Assembly (NCBI RefSeq): GCF_000485595.1
Contig: NW_014577088.1
Location: forward strand, 796,876-860,875
DNA length: 64,000 nt
Reading direction: 5' to 3'
From: Priapulus caudatus
Lineage: Eukaryota
The position numbers were made by a program, and so were the translations under genes. Shown one piece after another: positions 29,701 through 43,009 of the stretch (positions within the stretch are counted from its first letter, which is position 1; every line of letters begins with the position of its first letter). The notes beneath the pieces were generated by a model that saw only the letters and a list, made by a program, of their open reading frames with translations, did not search any database and was not told the DNA's origin.

Positions 29701-32700
29701 GAGCAAACCCTCAACCTCTTCTCCAAACTTCTCTCAAACTTGCTCTATGTTAACGTACGGATTTGCTGCCATTCATACCTGCGGGGGCTGCAACCTGGCC
29801 CTCCTGACGTGTGACGTTCTGTGGCTGGGGTGACGTTGGCTGTGTGGACGTGTGAGCTCGCGCGACACTAACGCCCTCACTGTCCACGCTCGGCACCTGT
29901 TTACTCGGCGTCCCGATCACCGATACCTTGGCCGACTTTCTTCCAGACTTCACCGGTTCCACCTCAGAGTGTATTTCTGACTGCAGTACGATCATTCATC
30001 AATTATTCATTCCGGCATTAATACGAAAAGTGCACATACTACCAGGTATAAATCGTGCTGAAAGTAGAGCGGTACTTTCTACCTACATTCTACTTTCTAC
30101 CTTTACATACGCGGTACCTTTACATACGCTACCTTTACATACCTTTACATATAGCGGTACTTTCTACCTTTACATACCAGCAAGGAATCATTGAAGATAA
30201 ACCCAAATAGGTGGTGTAGTTATGTAGGTATGTAAGTATGTAATGTAGGTACGTATACTGACAGGTAATTAACATGGACAGGTAATAGTACAAGAAGTAC
30301 AATATAAGTACAAGCAGGCAGGTAGGTATGATAACTAACAAAGAATGTAGCTGTGCTAACGGGCAGGTAGAAGTAATAGACTTGTTGTAGAAAGCAAGCA
30401 TGTGTGGTGGAGTATATCATCTATATATATAAAGTTGTTCAGCCGAATTAGTCCGTACTCGCATAACTAGAGAACTCTGCAGCCTAGAGGAAAACTAAAG
30501 ATATTTTCAGAATCAGCACGCCTGGGAAGTGGTTCTGGCTAAAACAAAAATTTAAAAAAGTTAAAAAGTAAAAAATTGATAAAAATTCTATTCATCAATA
30601 GAGGGCGGTGCGTACAGATTAACATCACGTACGTGTGAATCCATGGTGTATACCCTTAATGGCGCAGTGGCCTAATCACTAGAACATCCGTCTCCTACAA
30701 CGTGATTCCGGGTTTGAGTCCCAGCTGGGGAACTTATTTTCTCATTTTTTTCATTTTTTTCCCTTTACCTATACCTCTTTAGTATGTATTATTTTTAATT
30801 GTTTACTTTTAATTTTTAATTTTTAATGTCTTATCTTTTGATTTCTCATTATTTTTTTACTGTTTGGGATGGGATGGGATGGGATGTGGTGCGATGGGAT
30901 GGAATGGGATGGCATGGCATGGCATGGGATGGGATGGGATAGGATGGGATGGGATGGGATGGGATGGGATGCGGTGCGATGGGATGGGATGGCATGGAAT
31001 GAATGGATGGATGCATGGACGGATGCATGGATAGATAGATAGTTAGATTTTTGTGGGTATTTTCCTTTCAACCAAGCGGTCACCAACTGCGTAACGCCAC
31101 TGATTTCCCCGGGCAACGCCGGGTATCCCGCTAGTACAGACATACGGTGATGTGATGGTTGTGCTGGAAAGCTGCTATACGTACGTCCGAAGTGTGGCTA
31201 CCACCGCTGCCATCGTCATCATCGTCATCCATGAGGCTCTTCAGCTGAGCAGCATGCTTCTCCTGCAGAGACTGGTAAGCTATAGGGTTTGCCAGAGCAT
31301 CGGCAAAGTCTGCAAGAAATAGAGGGCACTGAACTGACCGACCCAGCATAAAGCTTCCAGCTGCTGTTGTGTTACCTATCGCTAAATAGAAAAACGCGTG
31401 TGAACGTTCATGCAACTGCTCTATGTGATAGCCGATCTACTAACATGTATTAATAGCATGCAAATAGCAGTGGTTACGAGATCGAGAAGAATGTGCGATG
31501 CTAGCTGCACGTGAGATTTAGCAAAGAATGCTGAAAGTCTGAAGCTTTAGGGTAAGGATGTGCAGGGAGGCACGGTTAAAATATGGACACTTTCGGATAT
31601 TACTAATTTAGTTCTACAAGTCTGCTGCAGTGTTATAATAGTATTAGGATGCCAGGACCATGACATTGCAACTTCAACACAGCCAGAACTATATGCTATG
31701 TACCCACATTTGCCACAACTCCTCAACCCCATCCCTACCACCAGTTCCTAACAGGTTTTCCAGCAGAAATATATGTGTGCATATACGTTTGAGTTCAGTG
31801 GTCAGGCATGGACATGAGCCAGAAAGGCAAAATCATATAAAGAAACAGAGAGCTGGTTGACCACTAGCAGCTAAACAAGACCGAAGTGAGCGAACCCATC
31901 GCCTGATCTGTTATACGTGCGGTGCCTTGAACCCAATAATTTTCAGTTTCCACCTACACCTACGCCCTGTATCATACGCTAGAGAGTTGTTCGATATGCA
32001 TTAAATATATTCTTATACACCCAGACATGCAAGAGATAAGAGATGGTTGCTGAGAAAATCGTTCGTGATTACATAATGTTACTGCAGCAACTATTAGTAT
32101 TATTTAATTCTCTTCACAAGAGCCTGCATAAGCGGTTTAATCTACACTCAGCTGCAACCTAGCAGAATTTCTATATGTGATATATGTATAGAGTATATAT
32201 ATATATAAAGGGAGTGTGTTCTGGATTTCACACTCCGAAAACGGCTGTGTATATCAGAGTCCAGTGGCGGATCCAGAAGTGAATTTTATGGGGGGGGGGC
32301 GAATCATGCGAGCTGAAGGGCACGAAGCGCTCGAGGGGGGAGGATGTTAGGCTAAAATACCCTTGCCCTGAAAATTCTAAGGGGGGGGGCGACTGCCCCC
32401 TGCGTGCCCCCTGGATCTGCCATTGGAGTCAATACAGTGCTGGACGGATAACTAGCAACTATCATGCGGGAACATCAATGCTCACGTACGATGCAAGACA
32501 AATTCACCTAGATGTGTATAGACAACGTGTGCACACCCCACATATAAATGTGACACATACACGCAAATTTGAGACATAGAAGATATAATAATTCTGACAC
32601 ACGTACACATAAATGTGACATGCATAGATACAAACATGACACATTTGGAGTGCCAGTAACACCATCACAAAAGAAACACCAGATACAATGCAGACAACTA

Positions 32701-35700
32701 TAACACAAAATAGTTTAGATTAGGATTAGTTCTCACAGGTGATATAAGGTAGGAAAGATAGCATGTAAGTGATATTTATTTTACCATCACGAGATTATGA
32801 AATATGCACAATAATAACAGATAATAGAATTATTTAGGTTATACATTATGTGGCAATGGTCTATGCAGCAATGTTGACTTCAATGGTGTTGAAGCATATT
32901 TTGTCACGAGGGCTATTTATAGTCCTTAACTGATGATTGATACATAGTGTCTGACTGTGACTGACCAACAAGCAAACAGGCATTCACAAAACGTACGCGC
33001 GTGATTTTCTATGACACAGAAGCTGGCTGACGACAAACGAATCCTGGCTCCTGCCTACAGAGGGAGCCACAATCATACCATTACGCATCTTCTGGAAAAG
33101 CAGAGGGTTTTCAAGCCGTCTTACATATCCTGAAAGATAACATTCAAATAAAACCTAACTGCGTAACAGAGCAGCGTGCACACATGCACACACATGCTCA
33201 TGCTCATGCAATCATCTGTAATAGAGAATGTACGCACACGTGAATGTACATACACCTCACATGCACGTACATGCAGACACTACTACTACAGCCTATATAT
33301 TCATTCATTCCACGCAACACATCCCCACCAACCTAAACACACGCGGACGCGGGCGCACACTCGCGAACGTACACGCACGCACACACGCTAATAACTGGTC
33401 ACATTACCCCCCTCCACTGAATGTTATATCAAATCTTGATGAGTGCTCTGCGATCAGGCAGATACCATATATGTCTTTGGGTGAATAATAACATTCTCAG
33501 CATTGCATGGTAAATTAACCGTTTACTTTGCCTTTAGTGTAAATAACAAACAAATGATTATCAGCAACCTTTCACTATGTCCTTAGTATGAATAATAGAA
33601 AACCCATTACCAGAAACAGGTCCGTTTTCCACCGTGCAAATAATTAGAGCACCCTATACGTTACTAATCCTCCATGTTACTATTATTGTTACTAATAAAT
33701 CAAACGATTCTCAGCTGCACTGTACTTTACTCTATGTGTGAATTGCAAACAAACGCACATCAGTAACCATGACATAAATTTTAATGGGTTTCAGGTACTC
33801 AGTATGGATAATATAATATATTATATATATTATATATAACCACAATTGTAACCTTTACCTCACAATCCAATACTCTTTGTTAAATATCTCTGACCTGATG
33901 TTATTGTTTAGTGAATATTAGGTAAAGCTGACTCTGTACTCAACCCTACAGTAGTGTTTAGCACACACATTCACTATACATATCCCATTACCTGCAAATG
34001 CATCTGGAACGTAATCACGCACTTTGATGTACAAGAAAAGTGCGGATGGGAGGCTGAGGGGCTGGTCAGACTCATTGCGCAGACCCATGTGTCTGTACCC
34101 CGGCCTCAGGCCCATGATTGGGATCACTCGATGACCTATCAACTTTCCAGTATCCTCGTAAGCAGCAATGCGCACACAGGCCAGGTCAGGTAGCACGATC
34201 TGAGGATAGTAACACATTCATATATCACCTGTGTTTCCTCAAATTCCGCATCGTTGAGTTGTATATGTCATCAATACGGATGTTGTTAACAATGTCTAGC
34301 TTTGTCACTATCAGGTACCACCACTGCTGTTGATATTTGATCATTCATGCTGCCATCTTTGCTGTGGTTATTAGCGATGCCTCAGTGAGTACTGCTCTTG
34401 CTGATAGTAATGTAACTGTCCATCAACACTTTTGCCACCGTTGGCATCATATTGTTGCTGTTGCTGATAATATCAGTGCAATTAGTATTGCAGATGGTGT
34501 AAAAATCTACATATCATCATCCTTTCTATTGAGTGTTATTATATGGGAGACTTGACTTGATTATATGACGGCTTGTTACTCACCTTTTTAAAGACGAAAG
34601 GCTCTTCATTGTAGACAGCGTTAATGCCATTATTTGGAACTGTTTTTGTACGAAACTGTTTCCTCTTTGTATCACATGGCAATCCAAACATATCGACCTC
34701 AACGTAAGTTCCACATCGTTTATCTGACAAAAACTGGCCAGATATCACCTGCAACAGGATGCCAACGTCCCTGATCAAGTTATTCTGGATTTACAGTAAT
34801 TGACACGTTTCAGTGAACAATTTATACAGAGCACATTAATCAGAACGTATGAGTGAAAGAAGGGGAAGCGAGAGAAAGAGGAGGAAGGTAACAGGAAGGC
34901 TGGTGGAAGACAAAAAAGAGATATATAGTGTACAGGTCCGAAAACAGGATGCCTAAAGAGGCGAGAAACTGTAGAATGGAGAGTGAGCGAGCGAGAGCAA
35001 ATAGAAATATATTGTTCAGGAATTAAAAGACAGGTGTACATTCATGTCATTCACTGGCACGCGAGCACATTTCACCTTTATCGTCAGTGAACCAGCAATG
35101 ATGCCATCCACGGTCGATTCACAGAATGGGTCAAAGTGACGGTCAGCACGGCGCATGAACTCAGGCTTCAGTAGGTATCCCGTCTTGCCATTGTACTCAA
35201 ACATACCAAGGTTAAGCTGCATGCCAAGATCTGCAAAAGTGGCGGATGGACAACATGCATGGTTATTATAGGCCTCAGGCATCAAGTAACCGGACGCATG
35301 CAGATGGTGGGGTAGTAATGCTGAAGGGGTCATTGTCGTATAGTGTACTACATATATGTACCCGAGATAACTATCTGGTATGGTTGGGGCTGGGGTTAGG
35401 GTTAGGGTTAAGGTTAGGGTTAGGGTTAGGGTTAGGTTAGGGTTAGGGTTAGGGTTAGGGAGTAGGCGTAGGCGACTCCCTAGACTAGCATTATATTACA
35501 TTTATGTATACATATATATATGTACCTCGGGTACATATATCTATTACCCTATACGACAACGACCCAAGCCATCATGCCAACGATTACAATGGTTAGCGAT
35601 AACGTCGATCACCCGAGTCGTGATGGATGGTTGATCGTGTGACGGGGTATTACGTGTGTGGCCACACATATGTAGGGTAGAAAGTAGTTGATCTTTCGAT

Positions 35701-38700
35701 ACAACAATCACTTTCAATCAGGTATCAGGTAGTGCCCAGATCGATTACGTGATCGGTTATGCCAATAAAGCAATTCATCAAGTAGTTATATGTAAAACCC
35801 TCGTTTCAGACCCACCCTCTGCCACACCATGTACATTGACTGGAAGCTGCACCTGCCACTCGTGATTACTCAGCTGTGCCTTAAGTGCCCCACCCCAGGA
35901 ATTTGTGTAGACTATGGACTTGGACAGAAAGAGTGCACACATTTGAATGTACGCATATGGGCATCTTAACGAATCTTAAACTGAACTGAAACTTATCTGA
36001 ACGATAAGTAGTTGCTATCGTTGTGACAGGTTAATGTATGTACATTGTACAACAACGAGTCCTCGTTCTTGCTGGTTTTAGGTGTTATGAGAGTGGCAAG
36101 CCTGTAACTACGCTGATGAAAATATATTCTCTGCGATATCGTATTCCTATTTAGCATATTCGATCGCAGCTGTGGCCTATCTACTCCTCTATTTCCCTTG
36201 CAAAGCTAGAGCAAGATGAGGCGTGACATGCAGTCACACAATCCACTACTCACCAAGTGTTTGGAAATTGAGCGCTACAAACTGGCAGCCAGCATTCCAG
36301 AACATTTGCGGCATGTAGTTACTGGAGTCAACGCGGGTCCCCTTTGGATATATTCGGCTGCACTGCCGCTTGTTATAACTAGAGAAGTAGTCAAGGTGGT
36401 TGACAGGCTGACAGTGATACCTCTGATACTAACATCTGCACCCATAATAATGAGGATGCTGCCTTTTATAGACTAGATAGTATGTGGGAACGTTCTACAG
36501 CACAATCCATTACCTTCCCTTTGATACATAGGTCTTTCCCCATCAACTATAAATATATCTCTACAGTATGATGTGCGTACAAGCAATTCTGAACCATGCT
36601 TCTTTCTAGGCATGACAATGAAGCTTGGTTCTACCTCTTTCCCCCCTGATATGAACCAGAACAGTGAAGTAGCACTACAGGTTGCATGCAGATGTGGTTG
36701 ATAGAAGGGGGAAATAGAGAGACACAGAAGTATGATGTGAAGGCAGGGTGGGAAAGCAGGACGATGGGATAGAGGAAGAGGAGAGGGAGGAAACGTGGTA
36801 AAGCAGCATGTGAGAGAGAATGCAAACAAATTGAGAGAGAGGGCAAAGGAAGAGATAGTGAAAATGACACAATGTTAATATCGATTGTTGAAGGATACTT
36901 CACAAATTCAACAGGATATTCCTTCAGCAAGTTTGTAGCTTGAGATTCAACAAATGACGAGATTTCATAACTCCTTCCCCGCTCTGCAACAGAGTAACAA
37001 CATAAATACCACTTAAAATGAATATTCTGAGCGGATGTGGATATATGTCGTTGTATGTGGATATATTGTGTATTGTATATATTGTATTGTGTATTGTATA
37101 TATATGTGGATATATGTGGATATATGTGGATGTGGAATATAATTTGCTCTGCTTATTACTTCGTATTACTATGATGTAAAATGATGCCATTTACAATAGC
37201 ACATTAACTCACTGTAGTACCAGTAATACTTCCAAAGTACAATGTACATTTACACTGAAATTAAAATTGCACATACAGTGAAACATTTACATCATTGCGC
37301 GCATTTTCTACTATAACAGCGGTGCTGAGGTAATTCACACTTTTTGAGGCCTCGAATGTTCTGAAGTGTGTTGGCGTGAAATAGTTGACTAGGGCTGATA
37401 GCTCTGCACCAGCCTCAGACTCCTGGCTAGCTGTGCCCTCGTCCTTCTTAGTTTCTTCAGTGTCATCATTATCATCCTCTACAACATCTTCCACAGCATC
37501 CTCATCCACACCTGCAAGAACAATAGTAGTGGGTATTGATTAGAATTTATTACGAACCCTGATCGTTGATCACCAAATCATCATGCACAACAAACCTTAT
37601 ATTTTGTTATTATAAAACCAATCCTTAACAGCATCAGCAGTGCAATCATCATTATTGTCCCATAATTTTTATCATTGTTATCATCAGCAGTGCCATCGCC
37701 GTTACGGTTAAGGAGGTGTACAACAGTAAGCTTCCGCAATTGTTCACCGTTGCACTATTTCGTCTCTAGAAAAGGCCTTTTTTTGGCATTTTTTTTTCGC
37801 CGAAATTCGGCACTAGAGTGCAATAATTTGCATTATGCACGCAAGTTAGATGCCTCGTGGACGTCTAGAAAGCATTAGAAGTAAAATTATTCTTGTTGTG
37901 TATTCGTGACATTCCGTCAGGTGGCGTAGCCACAGGGAGGACCGGTTGGTGTTTTTTGTGTATGAAATGTGTTCAGACAACTTTGCAGAAATTCGCACCA
38001 TAGAGCTGGCAAAAGTTTCGAGTGGAACATAGAGCATGAATCTGTAGTTATTTAACATGAATAAAGTGTATGTTTTGTAAGCGCAGTAACAGTGTGCGTA
38101 TTTTTAATTAATTTCTGTTCGATGCTTATTCAGGCCTGCAGCCTATGGACGCCCTCTACTGTTGTTCAACACCTTAACGCCGCATGGTAAGGATAGCTGT
38201 TCTCCCAAAGAAATCGAATAATTAAGTTTTATGTTAATGAAAATCAGTTATGCAAGTACTCTAGCATGGTTTTAGACACATGCATGTTCGAATGACATTT
38301 AAACATGTATTTTATGTAAACATGTACATATATCCGTATACATAATGTACATATCTACATTAAAATACACTCATTTTACACTTATTTGGTACCAGAAAAT
38401 CGATAATTATCCTCGTTTTACTCTTTTGTGGCACTCCTAACACTAACAGTATCAAAATATCTTAGATTTGTTGGTTACAATTCACCCTAACCCTCGTTCT
38501 AACACTGCGCTTAACCGCATAAAGCAAACATTAATTTCCATTCATTTCTGTGTTTTGGGGGCTCATTTCAGAGAGTGATCTCTCAGCTCGTGGAGTCATG
38601 CCACATTTGAAATTCGGTACCCATATAAGGGAAAGGGTCTAAATCATTCATCTATAATTTCAAGTCGATCCGTATCTCCGCTGCTTGTTTAAGGAGGTGT

Positions 38701-41700
38701 ACAACAGTAAGCTTCCGCAATTGTTCGCCGTTGCACTATTTCGTCTCTAGAAAAGGCCTTTTTTTGGAATTTTTTTTGCCAAAATTCGGCACTAGAACTG
38801 ACTAGAGTGCAATAATTTGCATTATGCACGCCAGTTAGATGCCTCGTGGACGTCTAGAAAGCATTAGAAGTAAAATTATTCTTGTTGTGTATTCGTGACA
38901 TTCCGTCAGGTGGCGTAGCCACAGGGACCGGTTGGTGTTTTTTGTGTATAAAATGTTTTCAGACAACTTTGCAGAAATTCGCATCATAGAGCTGGCAAAA
39001 GTTTCGAGCGGAGCATAGAGCATGAATCTGTAGTTATTTAACATGAATAAAGTGTATGTTTTGTAAGCGCAGTAACAGTGTGCGCATTTTTAATTAATTT
39101 CTGTTCGATGCTTATTCAGGCCTGAAGCCTATGGACGCCCTCTACTGTTGTTCAACACCTTAATGGTTTTGTCAGAGTCAACATCGTTATCCACACGATC
39201 ATCATCGCCATCATCATGACGTTTATCCGCATCCTCAGCAACAACACACACAGTGTAACCTGTACATTCACCTTTTATACTCATAGCTTCAGCTATGCAG
39301 CTCTACTCTTCTATCAAGCTTTGTGAACAGACGCCAGCTGTGAGCTTACCGAACATTTTCACGACGGGAGTTCCATCTTCGGCTATAGTCTCCTGTGTCA
39401 TAAGGGAAGACTTTCTCTCTGGCCCTACAATGTGCCAAATGCTTAGTTTAGTATCTTAGTAGATTAGCATGGAGATATTAACTGATTTTGCGCAGACATG
39501 AACAGGCGCCTTGAGCTAAGTAATACCTTATTAACAATTATCAAGGTCATGCATAGTAAGTAGGTAGGGATCGAGCTAACACGATTATGAGTGTTTGATC
39601 TTTTCAGGCGAAGTTAAACTATTGATTAAAATAATGGTTAATCTTGAAATATACTCGAATAGCGGGGAGGCAATTGTTCAAAATTTATAAAGATTGTGCA
39701 CTTTGTGACACGAAGTCTTTGAAATTTGGCATGCTGTTAGGTATGGACATAAGGTTTTGAAAAACTACTAGAATTGCACGACTACAATTTCATGAAAATG
39801 GGCTCATTTTCAGTTCAGCCTGATAAAACACATTATCAAAATTGACGTTGCTGGCGCAAAATTCAATCACGCTTACCTTTATTGCAACTCATTAGGATTT
39901 TAAATGGATAAACGGCAAAATTATACAGTTCTATTTACTTACTTACTCTATTTACAGTACTGTGTTATCCCGACAAACAGATGTCACTTACTAAGAGTAT
40001 CCATAGCAACACAAGATACGATAACTCAATGTGACTTTGGTATTGGTAGATACATTAACTCAAGATCTAATAATGGAGATCGCATTAGCTCTTGATTAAA
40101 TTGCTGGGCTATATCATTTACGACATTGGCAATAGTGATATACATGTATTGCGGCCTATATTACCCAGCTAGGTGAACTAGGTAACTCGAGTCACTGTTG
40201 GCAAGGATAGACTACTCTCAGTCAAGAAGCACCGCGGTATCGCCTTACGTGGTATCGCGTATCGACGGTCAACATGAAACTGCGCACACGTACCGTCTAT
40301 AAAGAGGCACTTTCGCAATATTCCCCTAGAAGCACAGTTATTCATCACAGATGACACGATCATAAAGCGAAGCCAGCAAACGCACGGACGGCCAATTCCC
40401 TGCAGCCCATACTCATATATCGCTAAGCTAAGCAGACGCGAGGCGCTCGCGTCAGCTTTGCGTGTGAGCACGATAGAAATTCTATACGTCGATTTTAGCT
40501 GGCGTGGGATGTCTGCACGCTAATAGCGTACGCAATTGCGTGACATGTTTTCGCGGAAATTGCGCGAGCCGGTTTTAGCTGGCAGTGAAAAACAGTGGTT
40601 TTATACGAAAGCCCTACCCAGTGGGTGGGTATAAGCACACAGCGCTCGCCCGGCGCTCTGAATAAATAACGATCAGGCAGCGAAACTTTCAAAGCGAAAA
40701 CCCCAGCTATTTCGAATCTATAGAAGTCCGAGTGTTTCTACTACCACCTAGCATACTGCCAGCTGGGATTGTTGTGCGCGCGCTCTAACATCTGCTCGTG
40801 ACTACCGATATTGGAGATGATATTCCCGGTTGGAGCCAGAATGCGGTTAGCTAGCGATGCGGTGGCGGGCAGCCACCGAATGCGTGCACGAAAAATTTCC
40901 ATTTGCAAAATTGGCTTCAGTAAACGGGTTTGGGCTAGAAGCACTACATCTCCTGTGTAAACTGCATGCAAACGAAACGACAAGCTCGTACACGCTCCCA
41001 GGAAGCGAGCACTCCGTCATGTGGCAGCAAATGAACAGTGGCGTCACTTACAGCGTGCTTACTATGACTATAGCTCTGATCATACACGCAGATGTATACA
41101 CGCGCCCGCACGCACGCACACGCACGCGCGTGCGCACACACGCACACACACACGCACGCACCCGCACGCACGCACACGCGCACGCACCGCTCACACACGC
41201 AATAGCGCACGTGCATGCATACACACATATATATTAGCCGTACTGAGGGATGTATTGTTAAGGTGGAACCCTGCAATGCGAAAATTTAAATGCCCAATTC
41301 ACGACATGTACTTGTAATTACGTGGTCGAAAACAGTCAAAGTCACGCGACAAGAAATTTGGAATTTTTTGCTACTAGCTTCCAGCACTGAGTCGCAGTCG
41401 CCCCTAGCACGATATTTGTACGGATATATTTGCCTGATGTAAGATCTAGATGGGTCTGGCATGAGGACGGGTAATGTCATTAATTTCGAACAGATTTATG
41501 TCACTAGGAACTACAAACCGTGTCACAATGACGAAAGCTATATGGTTAAGAAGACGATATATCCTCAGAGCTACAGAAGTCGACCATGAGATCGCAACGC
41601 TTTATTTGATTCTATCAAAGCAGCTTTATCACCAGATTAGGCCGACTAACTGATAGTATACTTGCAAGTATATATTTTTGTTCTGTTATATAGCCATTAA

Positions 41701-42977
41701 ATGTCAAATAAAACAAGAAAGTACATCTTTATTTTCTTTAAATTCGTTCTACACGCTTTTAAAACGGTACGTTTTAAAATTGTTTATTAGCACAAAACAT
41801 TGTTATTTAGATAGGACGCCGTCGTTTGCCTAACGCAACCAAATACCAACGAAGCTATGTCATGAAAGAGACGTGATAAGGGTGTAAGCGCACAATACGT
41901 TTCAAAGAAAAAAAAGGTTTAACGTTATTTAGCGTTTAGGCTCGCCTGTAAATCACGAGTCATGACCACCACAATGCATCAATGTCGACCGTCAAGCATG
42001 CTTCTATGTAGGCTGTTTAATAAGGTGATAGAGCAATGCTAACGAACTCACCACTACTCGACACGGTATCCTGGTGCACTAGAGGTGGCCGGGCCCCGGC
42101 TGGTTCTGTCACAAACATACACACACACACACAAACGCAGGTTGAATGACGAACATACAGTACTAGTGTATTAACCCAAGCATCTATTGTAGCACAGGGC
42201 AATGTAGTCTGAGTTTCCACTGACCATGCAATGCACACACCGACGATTTTTGGTGGATTTGACCAAAACTCACACCAAATCCACCAAAATTCGTCAGTGT
42301 GGTCATTGGTCAGAGAAAACTCGGACCAAGGGCAATGTAGCGAGCATAATTTGGTTAATGGATTCCACACTGGATTTGTTACTATAAATCGGATCACACA
42401 CACACTTTTAATGATGCTATGTGTGTTACTTTGGCTACCGTTAGTTACTACGGGTACCGGTATTTGCTATGGGTACCAGGTGTTACTACGGCTAGTGGTG
42501 GTCACGATAGATACCAGTTTCTACTATAACCAGTTGTTACTATGGGTACCGAGCACGCACGTAGGTGCTGTTACTGGTTAAAAACAGATTCATGCGACTA
42601 TGTACGCGAGCCTGCCGCTTCAGAGGAGCTAATTCTCCATGGCTGGTGAACGACCACCTCACCTACTGGCCGCGTTGCCTTTCTTTTCTTGTTCTTTACG
42701 ATGATCTTGCCTCTCATCTGATGTGGGCTGGGCAAGGGCATTCCCGGCTCCAGCTGAAAACGTGCAGCAGAGATAGTGAGAGATAATCGTATAAAGGTGA
42801 ATAAGTAGTAGCATCAGTAGCAGCAGTAGCAGCAGCAGCGGTGGCAGCAGCAGCAGTAGCAGCAGCTGCTGCAAGTGACACTGGCGGTGGCGGCGACTCG
42901 TGGCGCCAGCAACAACAGCAACAGCAGCAGCAGCAGCTGCCTCAAGTGACACTGGTAGTGGCGGCGACTCGTGGCGC

Positions 42978-43009
<32 letters not shown>

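Noticed and set aside
30652..30732. Functional tRNA gene (also 46028-46095)
   Set aside because: A/B boxes are present but I could not build a convincing cloverleaf; both lie inside mobile elements
35380..35460. TTAGGG arrays as a chromosome end or fusion scar
   Set aside because: Short and enclosed by TIRs and a TSD, so internal to a MITE
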